From an uncultured Candidatus Marinamargulisbacteria bacterium (lineage in GTDB: Bacteria; Margulisbacteria; Riflemargulisbacteria; GWF2-35-9): a DNA stretch of 60,028 bases. A program made the translations under genes and the position numbers. Shown here piece by piece: positions 1-13,100 of this stretch. The stretch is taken from contig CAYHOI010000001.1 in the NCBI GenBank assembly GCA_964358175.1, positions 1 through 60,028 of the forward strand, written 5' to 3'. The notes beneath the pieces are model-generated. The model worked only from the letters and a program-made list of their open reading frames with translations. It was not told the DNA's origin and made no database searches. Numbering within the stretch: position 1 is the stretch's first letter; the number at the start of each line of letters is the position of its first letter.

Positions 1-3000
1 AATAATACGTCCTTAAACTATGGACTCCCATGGAAACCTAGCTTCTCGCAGTTGGGAGAAGGCACCAATGATATCACCTATGTGATCAGCGATAATGCCG
101 GCAATGTATCAAGCGCGTGGGTGTGTAAGATCCTGAGGGACAGCTTGCCGCCTACCTGGTCGCCACTATCGGCTCCAGCCTCCTTTAATCTCTGGTATCG
201 CGTAACGCCGGATATGGTTACCATGGATATCGATTTTGCCGATCCGAGTATCGCGCATTCGGGTATTCAGCAGCTTGCGTATCGGGTGTCGAACAATGGG
301 GGGCTGTCGCTGTCAGTCTGGAAAACGATTACCAGTGGTGTAATCCTGGACAAGTATACGAAGGATTGGCTGGTTGACTGGAGCCTTTTGGGCAATGGCA
401 CCAATGATATTCTGGTTGGGGTGCTGGATCGGGCTGGCAATGGGGCGACCTACACAGTTCGCTCAATCCTGAAAGATACCCAAAAGCCGTCATTCAATTA
501 TACGGCAGGTGTCGGGTACAACAAATGGTATCATTCCATCCCCCAAAATTTGCTTCAAATTCCCATTACACTTGAGGATGCGGGCGGTTCACTCCTTGCG
601 GGCTACTCGTGGGGATTTATAAATTCGACGACGGCCAACGAGTACAATGTGGACAACAACATTAACCAGTTGACAATGAGAACGACGATCAACTTGGATG
701 AGAACTGGATTCTCAATGGAACAAATAATATTTTTATCATCATAAGTGATAACGCGGGCAATCAAATCACGTTTAACGCATTTAATCTCTTAAATGATGA
801 TACCACTCCCGATTTTATGCCAATTCCGGTTGCCTCATATAATTATTGGACGAGAACAATCCCTTCATGGCTGAGCGTTCCGGTGACGCCACTTTTTACG
901 GATGCGGGAGGGTCACTTCTGGCGACCGTGAATATCACACTGATGACGACAGGCGCAACGACGACTTATTCTCTTGTACTGTCGACGAACCAAGTTGCCA
1001 CCTACGACACCCCATTTGTCCTGACATGGAACCTGCTTGGTAACGGTACAAATAATATTTATATAAAACTGATCGACGGTACGGGGACAGCCACAGAGAA
1101 TCGATGGTTTTTTGTACTGAAGGATGAGATACCTCCTCAGATAAAAGCACAGATAATCTCCACGGATGCAAGGTACATGAGCTGGCTCAATAGTTCCGGA
1201 AATCTCTTTAATGATTTAGCCATTAGCGTCACCGATAATGGCTATTCCCTGTTGGATGCTTTTGTGTGCGTGGTGAGCAATAATCGAAGCGATGCGTGGG
1301 TGAGTCCGCATGTTCTTGCGACACAGATCAATCGCACATCATACCCTGTTGACGGAGGGATTAACATTAACTGGGAAACCCTGAGTAACGGCACCAATGA
1401 CATCTTCTTTGTCGCGAGCGATAACGCGGGCTGGGTGGTGACGAGCTCGGTGTTTTTTCACATTCTCAAAGACGTGGTTCCTCCAATAATTTATGTGACG
1501 ATAAATACGGGTGCTACCAAAAACTTTGGCGCGTGGCACGCAACCGCGCCTCCTTGGCTGAACAGAGCTTCTGTGGATGCCTACGACACGGGTTACTCGA
1601 ATATCTTGTCTATTTCCTATCGGATTTTGAGGCAGAAGGATAATACGTACTCCCCGTGGCAGGCGGTGACCACGAATTACAAACAACCAACCTGGAACAG
1701 AGGCATTAGCGTAGACTGGCTTCTTCTTTTCAACGGAACCAATGATGTCTTTGTCGAGGTGAAAGACAGCGCGAACAATGTGAATAGCGTCACCTACTCG
1801 TTTTCGTTACTCAAAGATACCGTGAGTCCCAGCATCGTCATCGGGAGTGCCGTGAGCGGTTATACTACGCAAAACTGGTATCGCTCAGAGACTGCGCCTG
1901 CGTTTCTGCAAAGCGTGCAGGTAACGGTCTCGGACACGGGCAGTTCGAATATCAACCAGCTGGAATACGGGGTGAGCGCGAACGACGCGGGATGGAACGC
2001 GATCTCGTGGAATATTCTCGTGAGCGCGTCTCGCATTCAGACGACTGGAAACTGGGCGGTCTCTTGGGGCAGTCTGGCGAATGGGACGAATGATATTCTC
2101 GTTCGGGTCAGCGACAATGCGGGTTGGGTGGTCACCAGCGGGGTGCTGTTCAGGGTACTCAAAGATGATGTGGTTCCATCCTTTTCGTTGATAACACCCG
2201 TGGCCTCTTTCAATGCATGGTACAGGCAGGCACCCGACTGGTTCACATGGATCAGCGTAGACGCTTCGGATAGCGGTCATTCTACCATCGCCACGTTCAG
2301 CTATCAGGTCACTCGCCTGGTGGATGGTTCGGTGAGTGTCTGGCAAACCATTACCTCAAATTATCAAAAAAACATATATTCTGCCGGAGTCTCCCTTGAT
2401 TGGAATCTGCTTAGTAATGGAAGTAACGATATCACGTTTCGCGTGCAAGACCTTGCGGGAAACACGACACAAAACACGGCCTTCACGGTTCTCAAAGATG
2501 TGAACAGACCCAGCATCAACCTCGGAGAAACTTCTGTAGATGCCAAATTTTCTGCCTGGTATCGCCTGTCGCCGGCGTGGGCAGATTCAATACAGGTTAC
2601 CTTTAATGATACAGGTAGCTCCAATATCTCGGGGATTGATTACGGGGTGAGCTGGAATGGATCCCCTGCGGTCTGGCGCGTGATTACCTCAGCTTCTTCG
2701 GCAAGCCAGCACGGAGCTTGGAACCTTTTGTGGACAGATTTGCAGGACGGGACGAATGATGTTCTCGTTCGCGTGAGCGATAATGCGGGGTGGGTCGTCA
2801 CGAGCGCAGTCCTCTTTCGCGTAAAGAAGGATACAATTATTCCCGCAGTCACGCTGATTACGCCCTCAATGGCAGACGATACTGCAATGTGGCACAACCG
2901 TTCACCCGGCTGGCTCAGCTCGATAAAGGCACTTGTGACGGACGATGGCGGATCCGCCATCGCTACCGTTTCGTATCGTTTGGTTACCGGAGTCGGTGGC

Positions 3001-4180
3001 AGTGGCGGAGATCTTCTGTCTTCGAACGTCAATCAGACATCGTACGCAAAACCTTGGCAGCTCCTCTGGTCAGACCTGAGTGACGGGACGAATGATGTGT
3101 ACGTACGTGTGACGGATAACGCGTTTAACGCTGTTGATCAGTATGTGTTTCATGTGAAGAAGGACGTAACGGTTCCCAGCTATGATCTGTCTTTGGTCGC
3201 ACGCAGTTATCGAAATCCATTTGCGACAGTTCCTGAGGAAATGAGCCATATTACGATCAACTTCTATGACTGGGGCGGTGCCTTTATTCGCGATATCGAT
3301 TACGCGATTTCGATCAACACTATCCTGACCGGGCCGACAATCAACTGGTACCCGATTACCTCGAACTATAACGCGTCCACATTGGATGTGCCCTGGAAAA
3401 TTGACGGCAATCGGTTTCTTAATGGAACCAGCGATGTCTACGTGAGACTCAGCGATTATGCCGGAAATGCTGTGACGAGCGATGTTTGTTTCTCGATATT
3501 CAGGTCAGAGCCTGGGCTGACCTACAATTATGAGTTGTACGATCCGGGAGCGTACACAAGCTGGTATCGAGCCCCGCAGGAGTTTATGGCAAACACAATG
3601 ATTCGGTTCTACGATGTGTCCGGTCTCACGTTGCTAAAGACCCTTCAGTACGGTGTATCCGCGGATGGGCGTGTGACGTGGAATACGATCCGCGACAACG
3701 TAAACTACATGACCTATACTACGCCCTTTACGATCATGTGGGATACGCTCATGGAGGGTACCAATGATATTCTGATCTCATTCAACAACACCGATGGAGC
3801 TCAGATGACCTCCGGCGTACTCTTCACCTTGTTTAAGGATTCCCTCGCGCCGTTGATCGCGTTTGCCATACAGGCTCCAACAGGGTTCGCCAACGCCTCC
3901 AATCACGACTGGCTGAACCATCTCACGGTGAATGTCACCGAGAACGGGTATTCGGCTTTGAAGCGTCTGGAATGGGGGAAACGAACCCATTCGGCGTGGT
4001 ATTCCTACTCAACGATCCTCAGCGTCGCGGGGCAGAAGGTGGCATCGGCTCACTACGCAGTGCCGTGGGATCAGATGGAGGAGGCCTATAATGCCCTCAT
4101 TCTCGAGGCTGAGGACAATGCGGGCAATATCACGTCCGTGAATCTCTGCGTGGTCTCCCGCGATACAATCGCCCCCTATC
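1..4180 (+). repeat. block A: about 13 tandem ~112-aa HYR/Ig-like modules
   Basis: Each module ends with (N/D/E)G(T/S)(N/S)D(I/V)-x3-5-(V/L)xDxAGN-x12-18-(L/F)(K/R/N)Dx2-3P. An example is NGTNDILVRVSDNAGWVVTSGVLFRVLKDDVVPS at nt 2080-2181. The last boundary is SRDTIAPYP at ~4155-4181. Copies are clearly diverged at the DNA level, including synonymous sites. Confidence 0.6.
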
Positions 4181-7100
4181 CGGTGATGTATGATGTGGAA
4201 AACTCCGTTCTCTACCGCGATTTCATCACGAGCCAAAACCAGACAGAAGCCATAAGCTGGGTCGACCGGGGCGACATCGGGATCGCCGGCGTGGAGAAAT
4301 GGCTCTATTACTGGGGGCAGGATCCCAATGGAACTTCCGCCACGCAACACGAGTCCGCGAGTTTGCCACCCTTCACGGTTCCCGCGGGGACGGCGGGCAA
4401 TGGCATCTACCGTCTGCGGGTGTCGCCGGTGGACAGAGCCGGCAATCAGGGGGAATGGCAGCCGGTGTACAAGTACACGTACGACTCGCAGGTTCCGGCG
4501 CGATGGTACTACACGGATCATGACGGAAGGTATTGGTATCGGAGCCTCACGGACTTGAGTGCGTCCATCGGATGGTTCGGGCGGGATGACTGGGGCTTCG
4601 CGGGAGTGAAGCGGTACCATGTCCTTCTGACCACGAACGCCAACGTGAACCCCGTAGGCGATCCCAGCTCGAAAGTGACCACGGATATGCTGGTCGCGTG
4701 GCCCACACCGAGTCTTCAGAGCGAGGTGCGACACAAAGCCAGCTTTTACTGGACGATAGCTATTGAGGATTACGCGGGAAATATCGGGGTGAATGTGGCG
4801 GGAACAACGTATGATCGGTATTCGCTCTCTTCCTTCGGGCTGGATCTCCAGCCCCCATTGCTGGACGCGATCAATGCCGGATCTCCCTACGACCTCAGAA
4901 GTGCCTATACGGGACTTGCGCTGCCCCGTGGCGAATGGACCTCAGTGGATCAGTTCTCTATCGATGTCACCCCGAGCGCGCAGGATGACGCGTCAGGTGT
5001 TTCCTATTATCAATTCAATGTGGGGGTGAGTACGCCTGATTCGGCCCAGAACTACAGCTATAGCTACCAGATGGGCAGGAAATTTACCTCGATGCAGCTT
5101 CAACCTATGGAGCAGGGCAATATCTCCAAGGTATACGTGCGGGCGATAGACTGGGTTAACGCTATTAGCACCTGGTCGGTCGCTCTCGCGACGATCAATT
5201 ATGATGGGCTACCCCCCAACAAGGCGGGGCACTTTCTGATCGGGGACGGAGAGGCTTACTCCACGGGCAATAGTCTTATCATCAGCTGGGACGAGGCCTT
5301 CGATGAGGGTGGCTCGGGGGTCACGACGTATGATGTGGTGGCATACGCGATGAGTCCCGCGGGGGTCATCGTCGCTACGGAGTCTTTCTCGCTACCCTCC
5401 GTGAGTCGGCAAATCAAGATTGGAGCACTCGGAGACTCACCTAAAATACCCTTACTCAATGACGAATACATCTATTTTGCCCGTCTGCTGGTCTGGGACA
5501 GGGTGGGATGGAATAGTGCCAAGAAGTACGGATCCAACCGGATGGACTACGCCCAGCAGACAAACGTTATCCAGATCGACCGTAAGTCGCCTTTTTCGGT
5601 GAAGAATCCGAGAGAGGACGCTCGAACAAATGATCTGGTGACCTGGAAATGGGGACAGCCCGCGGACAATCAGGGAGGCTCCACTCCCGGCTCAGGCGTG
5701 GGGCAGTACCAGATTCGGATGTACTGGAAGGATCCGGTAACGGGGCTGAAAGCCGACTATTTCTCTACCTTCAATGTAGCGGACACGACCTATGAATATC
5801 CGATTGCCCCCGGGATGGAGTTTGGTGCGGAAATCCGCGCGATCGACAATGTGGGCAATCTCGCGGACAACTGGATGGCGATCCGGGAGGGGGTGCTGGA
5901 TAGTACCCCTCCCAACAACCCGCCCGTTGCCATTTCGCGGGATAGAAGCCTGTATTCCATCTGGGCGGGAGATGGAACGGGCAACGACATCAAAGTTCCC
6001 GCCTACACGACAGGAAACGTGAACCAGTTCCAGTTCATCTGGATGCCGGGAGAAGATGATGTGGTGGGCGTGAAGGGGTATTATGTTGCGTGGGGCAAGA
6101 ATCTGGTAACCCCCAATACCTATACAGGATATACCTTCACCACCAGCCGGACGATCTCTCTCTCGATCGCGGAAACGGTGACAGCTACCTACCGGCTCTG
6201 GCTGGCTGCTACGGACTATTACAATAACACCGCCAACTGGATGGAGGCCTATCGGTACACGTACAACGGTCTGGCGACAAAAAACACTATCCGACCTCTG
6301 GCTCCGGTGCTTTCCACGCGCTACATCAGTGCGAACAATCAAGGGGTGACTGTAACGCTTACGACAAAAAACGCCTCAGGGGTGACGTTGGGTTCGTTTG
6401 ACCACTACGAGGTTCGCTTGTACAGGGCGTTCAGTGAGGCGTTTGTGACGCAGAACCAGTTCGGCAGTTCGGCGAATGTAAAGAGCGATATCTTTCTGCT
6501 GAACAGCGTGGCACTGTCGCCGAATACCCAGTATTTTATCAAATACCGAGCGTATTACGGCATATCCAATTTTACTGAATGGAGCTACGCCTCCCCTTAT
6601 CTTTTTTATGACGACGTCCGACCCCCAACCGTGAACTCGGTGCTCCTGGAAGAAGGGGAGGATATCGTGACCAGAACCTCAGGGATTGCGGTGCGCTTCT
6701 ACGCGGCGAGGGACAGTAACGATGACAATGCCAGCTACGCGGGAAGCGGAATCGATCATTATGAGACCGTGCTGTTTGATTCCCCTTCGCCGGGGGAACA
6801 GTACAGCTCAGGAGCGGTTATTCCCCTCTTGAGTCCAGCCTATACGAATACAGGGGTTAAGCTGACGCTTACAGAACCACTGGCAGACGGACACCAGTAC
6901 TGCCTCAAGGTTCGCGCGGTGGATCGCGCTGGGAACGCAGGGCCATGGAGTGAAACGAGCAATGAACTCATGGTGGATATACGCGCACCGGATGTTCCTG
7001 TCGGCATCACCAATTCGTACGTGCCCACTGACCCTTCAGGGTATACCAATGTGTTCTCGTATATCTGGAGCTGGACACCTGCCACGGATGCGGGGGGCGG

Positions 7101-10100
7101 GGGAGGTGGCTACACGAGCGGTGTCAGGCAATACCAGTATTATTACGGGTACAGTATGCAGAGGGATACAGGCGCGGAAAATACGCTGGTGCAAACCAAC
7201 GCTACCGCAGTACAGGAGTGGGCAGGCTATAACGCGCAGGGACTGAGGAACAATCAGTCCACGGGTTGGCGTGCCAAATCGACCAGCCAAGGCGGTTCGG
7301 GGGATGTGAAGTACTTCTATGTGCGAGCGCAGGACTGGGCGGGCAACTGGAGCGACTGGTCAGCTTCTCCTGCTACGACGAAGGTTGATGTTTTCGCGCC
7401 GGCACATCCGATCCCCAATCCAAGCATGAATACGGTGGTGGGGACGACCAGCATGACCTTCAGCTGGTCACCGGTTTCGGATATCGGTGGCGGGGGACTA
7501 AAGTACTACCACGCAACCCTGTATGACAAAAACAAGCTACAAGTCGCCAGTAGCCGAAATATCCCTGCGACGAGGACATCAGTGACCTTTACGGGGCTTG
7601 CCACGGACAATGCGTATGTGCTGAAGATGGATGCGGAGGATGTTTTCGGCGAGAAGATCCCAGCGTACCCCTATTTCTCGCAGGGAATGGTGCCCCGGTG
7701 GGACGCCGACCTTCTATCCGCCTGGGTGATGGTGGATGCCACGCCTCCCGCGCCTCCGAACTATATCAGAAGAAGCGTATGGGCGTTTAACACCAACACG
7801 GCGGATGATCCCCCCGGGCAGATCATGTACAGTGCCATCTTGGATTCGGTGGGATCCGCTGAGTTTGGCAACAATTTCAGGGCGGATTACGGATCGAATT
7901 ACTGCTACTACGGTGCCAATAAAGAGATGAGCGACTATCTGAGTTCCTATGAGGACAAGATCAATGCGAATCTTATTTACTACCGGAATGGGTCAGTGTC
8001 GGACGCGGAGCTGGGTGCCATTTCCTACTCTCTCGGACGTGGTGATTACACTGGAGCGCAATTGCGTCAACTGCTGGTGGATATGGCTTATCTGAAAGGC
8101 GAGGCGCATACGGATCAGTCAGGAGCCAATCCGCGCTACGCTATCAGCGACTATTATGTGAACAATTACCGACCCACGCTGAATATCCCGAATCAGGGCG
8201 GATATTATTATAACGGGGTCTTTCAAAACAGCGAGATCAATACCGTTCAGACGTACGTTAACGGGAGACTGTCGGGGTCTGAGGTCATGAACGCGCTGAA
8301 ACTCAGTGATTTTGGAAGTATTTTGAGTGACGGGAGCTCGTTTCGCGTAACGAATTTCACGCCGGGAATGAATTATGACGATTTCAGGCGCAGCTTGATT
8401 TCCTCACAGCCAAAGCTCAATGGCGTGGTTCTGGTCGGCGATCTGGTCGGCATCAGTGTCAACCGGACGCCGACCGACGGAGTGGCTGTTTTTGACCGAC
8501 TGAAGAGCAAAGGATACCTGGACGTTGCGGGTGTGATTAACCCACTATACGACTTCACGCAAGGGGATCAGGTGTCCGGTGTCAAAAAAACGACTTGGAA
8601 TATTACGAACGCGGATATCTCGAATCGGCTGAAAACAATACAGAGCGACTATCATTCAAGCGCGCTGGCATCAAGTGTGCTGAAAAAACTGTATACGGAT
8701 ATGGGCGCGCAATACGACGAATTGCGCATGGAGCTGAATACAATGCTCACGAGCAACCGTCGCGTGGCCAATCCAAATAACCTTACCACCACCCTGGCGG
8801 ATATCGTGTCGCGATCCCATGGCTATGTCTGGTTCTGGGGACGCGCCGCAGATGATGGTCTGGGCGGGAGCGGGGTATCCACTTGGGAGGTGCAGGTAAA
8901 AGAAGACGGACAGAATGAAGCTAGTCGCTCTCTTTCACTGCCCTATGACCAGCCGTGGCTCAACTGCGCGGGAAGCTATACGTCTTTCCCCGGTTTTAAT
9001 GGAAGTCCCGCGCTGAGTGTGAGCGCGTCGATGAGGCTTCGCGCGATGGACAACGCCGGAAACGCCGGCGAATGGTCGGACTGGCGGGGGGTGACGGCGA
9101 ACGGTCTGCGGGTCTGGTATCAGGCGCCTCCCGGAAACCGTTCTGTCTATGATACGGGGAGTTTGCTTGGCATTAAAAATGGTCGAAGCGATACGCAGTC
9201 CTTATGGGCACAGAATCGCGAGTTGAATCTCTTGTGGGATGGCTCGCAGATGTGGGGACCGGATCTTTTCTATGACTACAGCTCCAGCATGGGGCAGTCG
9301 GACTTGCCACAGGGGAGGACGAAATACCGCTTCCATGACGTGAATGATTCCACGATTTCGGGTGGCACGAACAGGATGTACGTGATGGCGTATAATGCGG
9401 AGAACGAGGGAACCAACGAACTGGTATACAGTCTGGATTACGATGCGTTGCCACCGGACAGACCGTCAATCAGCACTCCTTTAGCTACACAGAACGTCCC
9501 GAACAGCTACACCTTCAGCTGGTCGGGGGGAGCGGATCCGAATCCTGGTTCAGGTCTCAAGAGCTATCATGTGCAGATTGTCGATGCGGACGGAAATGTC
9601 GCGTACGAGCGAACGGACTTCACAGGGGACAGTTATCTGTTTACGGAGGGCAAGTCCGGCAAAAAGTATACCCTTCGGGTCAACGCGGTGGACAACGCCG
9701 GTCTTTCCGGTGAGATTGCGATGACGAACGCCTGGGTGGTGGTGGACAAAGACGCCCCCCCCGCCCCCGATATGCTGTGGGTCAATACCGGAAAGGTGTC
9801 GAACGGCTCGATGTGGAGCAGCAGCGCCAACTACAACGTGTGGCGGTGGGTGCTCCCCCAAGATACGGGCAGGAGCGGTCTTGCGAGCTATAATATTGCG
9901 ATTAACGAAAGCAACAAGGGCTGGCTCGAGGTCACATCGGGAATGATAGACAAGACGACGTATCTAAGCAACGCCCCGATTTTTGCGAAAATCAAATTTT
10001 CAGACAAGGCAGGCAATATCTCCGGGGAGAAGAACAGTTCATACCCGCTCAAGATCGACACCGAGGCACCGTTGATCGACTTAAGCGTGGCGGATATCAG

Positions 10101-13100
10101 AGAGCTTAACGGTATGGTGAACGATGTCTGGCAGACAAGTACGCGAAGCGTCATTTTCTCCTGGGAGCAGGCCAATAAGAACGCGGCGTCAGATGCCCTC
10201 AGCGGTGTGGTCGCGCTGGAATACTACTGGGGGCCGGAAGCCGACAAGACCTCTGGGTTTGCGATCAATACATTTGACAAGAAGGTGACGCCTGTCGGAC
10301 AGATGCCCGCGGGCGCGGAGACCATCTATTTCTTCAAAATGAGATCACAGGACAATGCCGGGAACTGGTCGCCGATGGCGACGCTGTATACCACCAAATA
10401 CGACAACTTTGTGAAATCGATTGAGGATGTGCGGCAGTCTGTGACGACAAACAGGTACTCGAATCAGCTCACGCAAAACTACAACTGGGGAAATGTGAGT
10501 GATTTAACGGGAATACAGTCCTTTGTTTTCTCCTTTTACGTTTCCGGCAATTTGCTTGACAGTATGGATGACGGGGTTCTTACGCGTGACGTGACGATAC
10601 CGTACGACAGTGCCATTTATGATTCTTCAAGTTCTCGGTTTATGGCTTCGGTGATGCTTGATAATCAGTTTTCAAGCCAAGATGTCTATGTCCGGATGCG
10701 GGTGAGAGACACCAATGGGAATGTCTCCATAGCTGGCAACAAATCCGAGAAGATGTGGCTGGATTTCACCGCGCCGAATGCGGTAGACGTCCCCACCATT
10801 GATAATGGGAGTATTATTCACGTGACCAGCAGAAATTTCGGCGTGACCTGGAACTGGACAGCCCCGAAAGACATCGGCGGGAGCGGGTTGTCCTCCTATG
10901 ACACGAAATTGCAGGTGTATTCTGACGCTCAAGCCGTATCCATCAATCCGAATGTGCCCTCGACGGTCAACAGGGCGGTCTACCCGCAAGTATTCACGGA
11001 CAACGTCTATGCATTCAGCATCAGCGCGCATGATCGTGCCGGCAATACAGGCAATATTTCTTTCGGTCAGCTCTTCGTGGTGGATACGGTTGCACCCTCC
11101 GTCAATCTTCAGCTACGAAACGCCTGTTCCGCTTACGGATGGAACCGGCCATTCAAGGAAAATATTTATTATCTGATCAGAGGCAATACTGTGGGACTAT
11201 CGATTTACATGAAGGACAAGGCCTCAGAGCAAATCGGGAATGTTGGCTCCGGCATCGCGTCAATGAAGCTTGAACTCTATGAGCTGGCGACACCGGATAC
11301 GGGTGAGTTTGCGCTGGCATCTGTTCCCACATTCAGTTTGTCAGCGAATAGTATTTGTACTTTTGGGATTCCGATGACCAGTAGCGTGATTCACACGTCT
11401 CAGAATACGCAGTTGTGGCGATACGCGCTTATTTCCGACGACATTGTGATCTCAGACAGCTATCTGTCCAGCCAGCAGTTTGTAGACCCGACCAGCAACG
11501 CGACAGCGAATTTCATTCAGATGACACTCAGCCGGAATTGGACGGGATTCTTCCGACTGTCTCTGAGCGTCAAAGATTTTGCGAACAATGAAACCTCACA
11601 AAACTATTACCTCTATTATGATCCTGTTCCTCCCTCCATTGATATGGGCTTTAGTGGCATGATCTTTCTTTCGACTAATGCGATGGTGTACATTCGCAGA
11701 TTGGATGGAGGACAGAGTGTCATACAGGAAGATGCTTCCAATGGTAGCAAATACGCAGATGAACGATCAAGGATGACCTTCTTCCCGATAGCGGGTTATC
11801 AGCTGTATGAGGTGAGCGGGGCGAATCAACAAAAACTGGGTCTCAACATCACAGGAAGCCGATATTATCCCTATTGTGAGCTTGAGCAGGGGGCGTGGGG
11901 TTCTGGTTTTATGGTACTCTCTACCAATGCCAAGTTTTATGTAAGGGTGTTTGATGAACTGAGCGAGGAAATTGGATTTTTCCAGGGAGGCGGGAATCAA
12001 CCGAATCGATCATGGGATGCCGCTGGGGACATCTTAATCTCAAGCGAATCCGGACGAATCAACGTGAATGGATACCAGCTACCTTTTGCGAAGTACGGTC
12101 TTATAGATGACTTTTACCAAAATGAGGCGACGAATCGTTTGACCCATAATCCGGAACGGAATGTAACATTCCTAGATTATGCCAGAGAGTGCTTGGAAGT
12201 ATCACTTAACGCCGATGTGGTTGATGGAACCAGATTGGTTCTAGGTGTCGCAGATATGGCCGGAAATGTGACCACCGTCAGTTCGCTACCGGTCTATCGA
12301 TCTTCGCCGATTATCTTGGTGACGGCAGATGCGTCGCTACAGTATCCTGTCCCACATTCCTATAACCGCCGCTACGGGACGCAATATTCTTGGGGGGATT
12401 ACACTTATGGTACACAGAGGGTCAGCGCAAGTTTCTATGTAGACACCGTCAACGTGTACGTATCGGCGAACATGACGGTGAGTAGCGAAGTGCACAGCCT
12501 GCGCGATGGTTTGCAACAACCCTTTTTCTTCGCACAAAATGGGGTCGAGATCAATCCGTACTCAGGACTTAGTGCCACGGGCTATAGCGTCTCAGGAAAG
12601 AGCACGATGAATTATGTTTACTGGGGGCAGTTCAGCGTGGTGACGCTCAGCACGGGTGCGCAAACCCCGCTTTTGAGCGGACAGGGAAAATACATTTCTA
12701 TCAATGTGCCCAATCGGTACGGGGACAGCGATGTATCCATTCGGGTGAGCTACAGCGTGGACGAGGATTATCCTTCGCTGACCGTAAACACCTTTTTTGT
12801 CTATCCGGCGATTCCCATCGTGAATCCGACGGTGGACAACAGACTTGGCGCGATGAGCATGACCACCAACAGGGTTGCCATTACTTCCGACGGGGTCGAT
12901 GAAATCTCCGGAATTTTTCCTTCCAGCTTTTTCGTGACACAGCTGTCTGAGTCGCTTCACAGCTTGAAAGAAGTGCTGTTTATCCGCGCCACGAACAGCC
13001 TCAGCACCCCCAACTGGATCAGCGCGAACAACGAAGGCAGTAATGGCGTATGGCTTACCGATAACGCGGGAGTGGGGCTGTCGGATACGCCTTTCCTACA

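Noticed and set aside
52-54. The TTG at 52, given by the ORF track as the start of the giant ORF.
   Set aside because: The same frame is open back to nt 1, and the upstream 17 codons continue the repeat consensus. This is a window-edge truncation, not a start codon.
4009-6342. Long antisense ORFs inside the giant gene (4009-4734, 241 aa; 5692-6342, 216 aa). Others lie at 9550-9861, 10672-11031, 12592-12960, 14926-15324, 20005-20727 and 20986-21510.
   Set aside because: They cluster in the GC-rich part, where stops are rare. Their products are Arg/Pro/His/Gly-rich with no recognisable motifs. All lie opposite a frame that stays open for 31.7 kb. They are typical shadow ORFs.
846-9469. Same-strand out-of-frame ORFs within the giant gene (for example 846-1043, 2790-3083, 4299-4558, 6950-7246, 7736-7930).
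   Set aside because: They are short and low-complexity, and fully embedded in the long frame. There is no Shine-Dalgarno sequence or start context to support them.
9755-9762. A C8 homopolymer (gac gcc ccc ccc gcc ccc), a G6 run at 7092-7097, and A7 runs at 2366-2372 and 8584-8590, considered as possible phase-variation switches in the giant gene.
   Set aside because: Tracts of 6-8 nt are short for efficient slippage. They encode sensible Pro/Gly/Lys residues, and a few such runs are expected in 31 kb. There is no evidence of variation from a single sequence.
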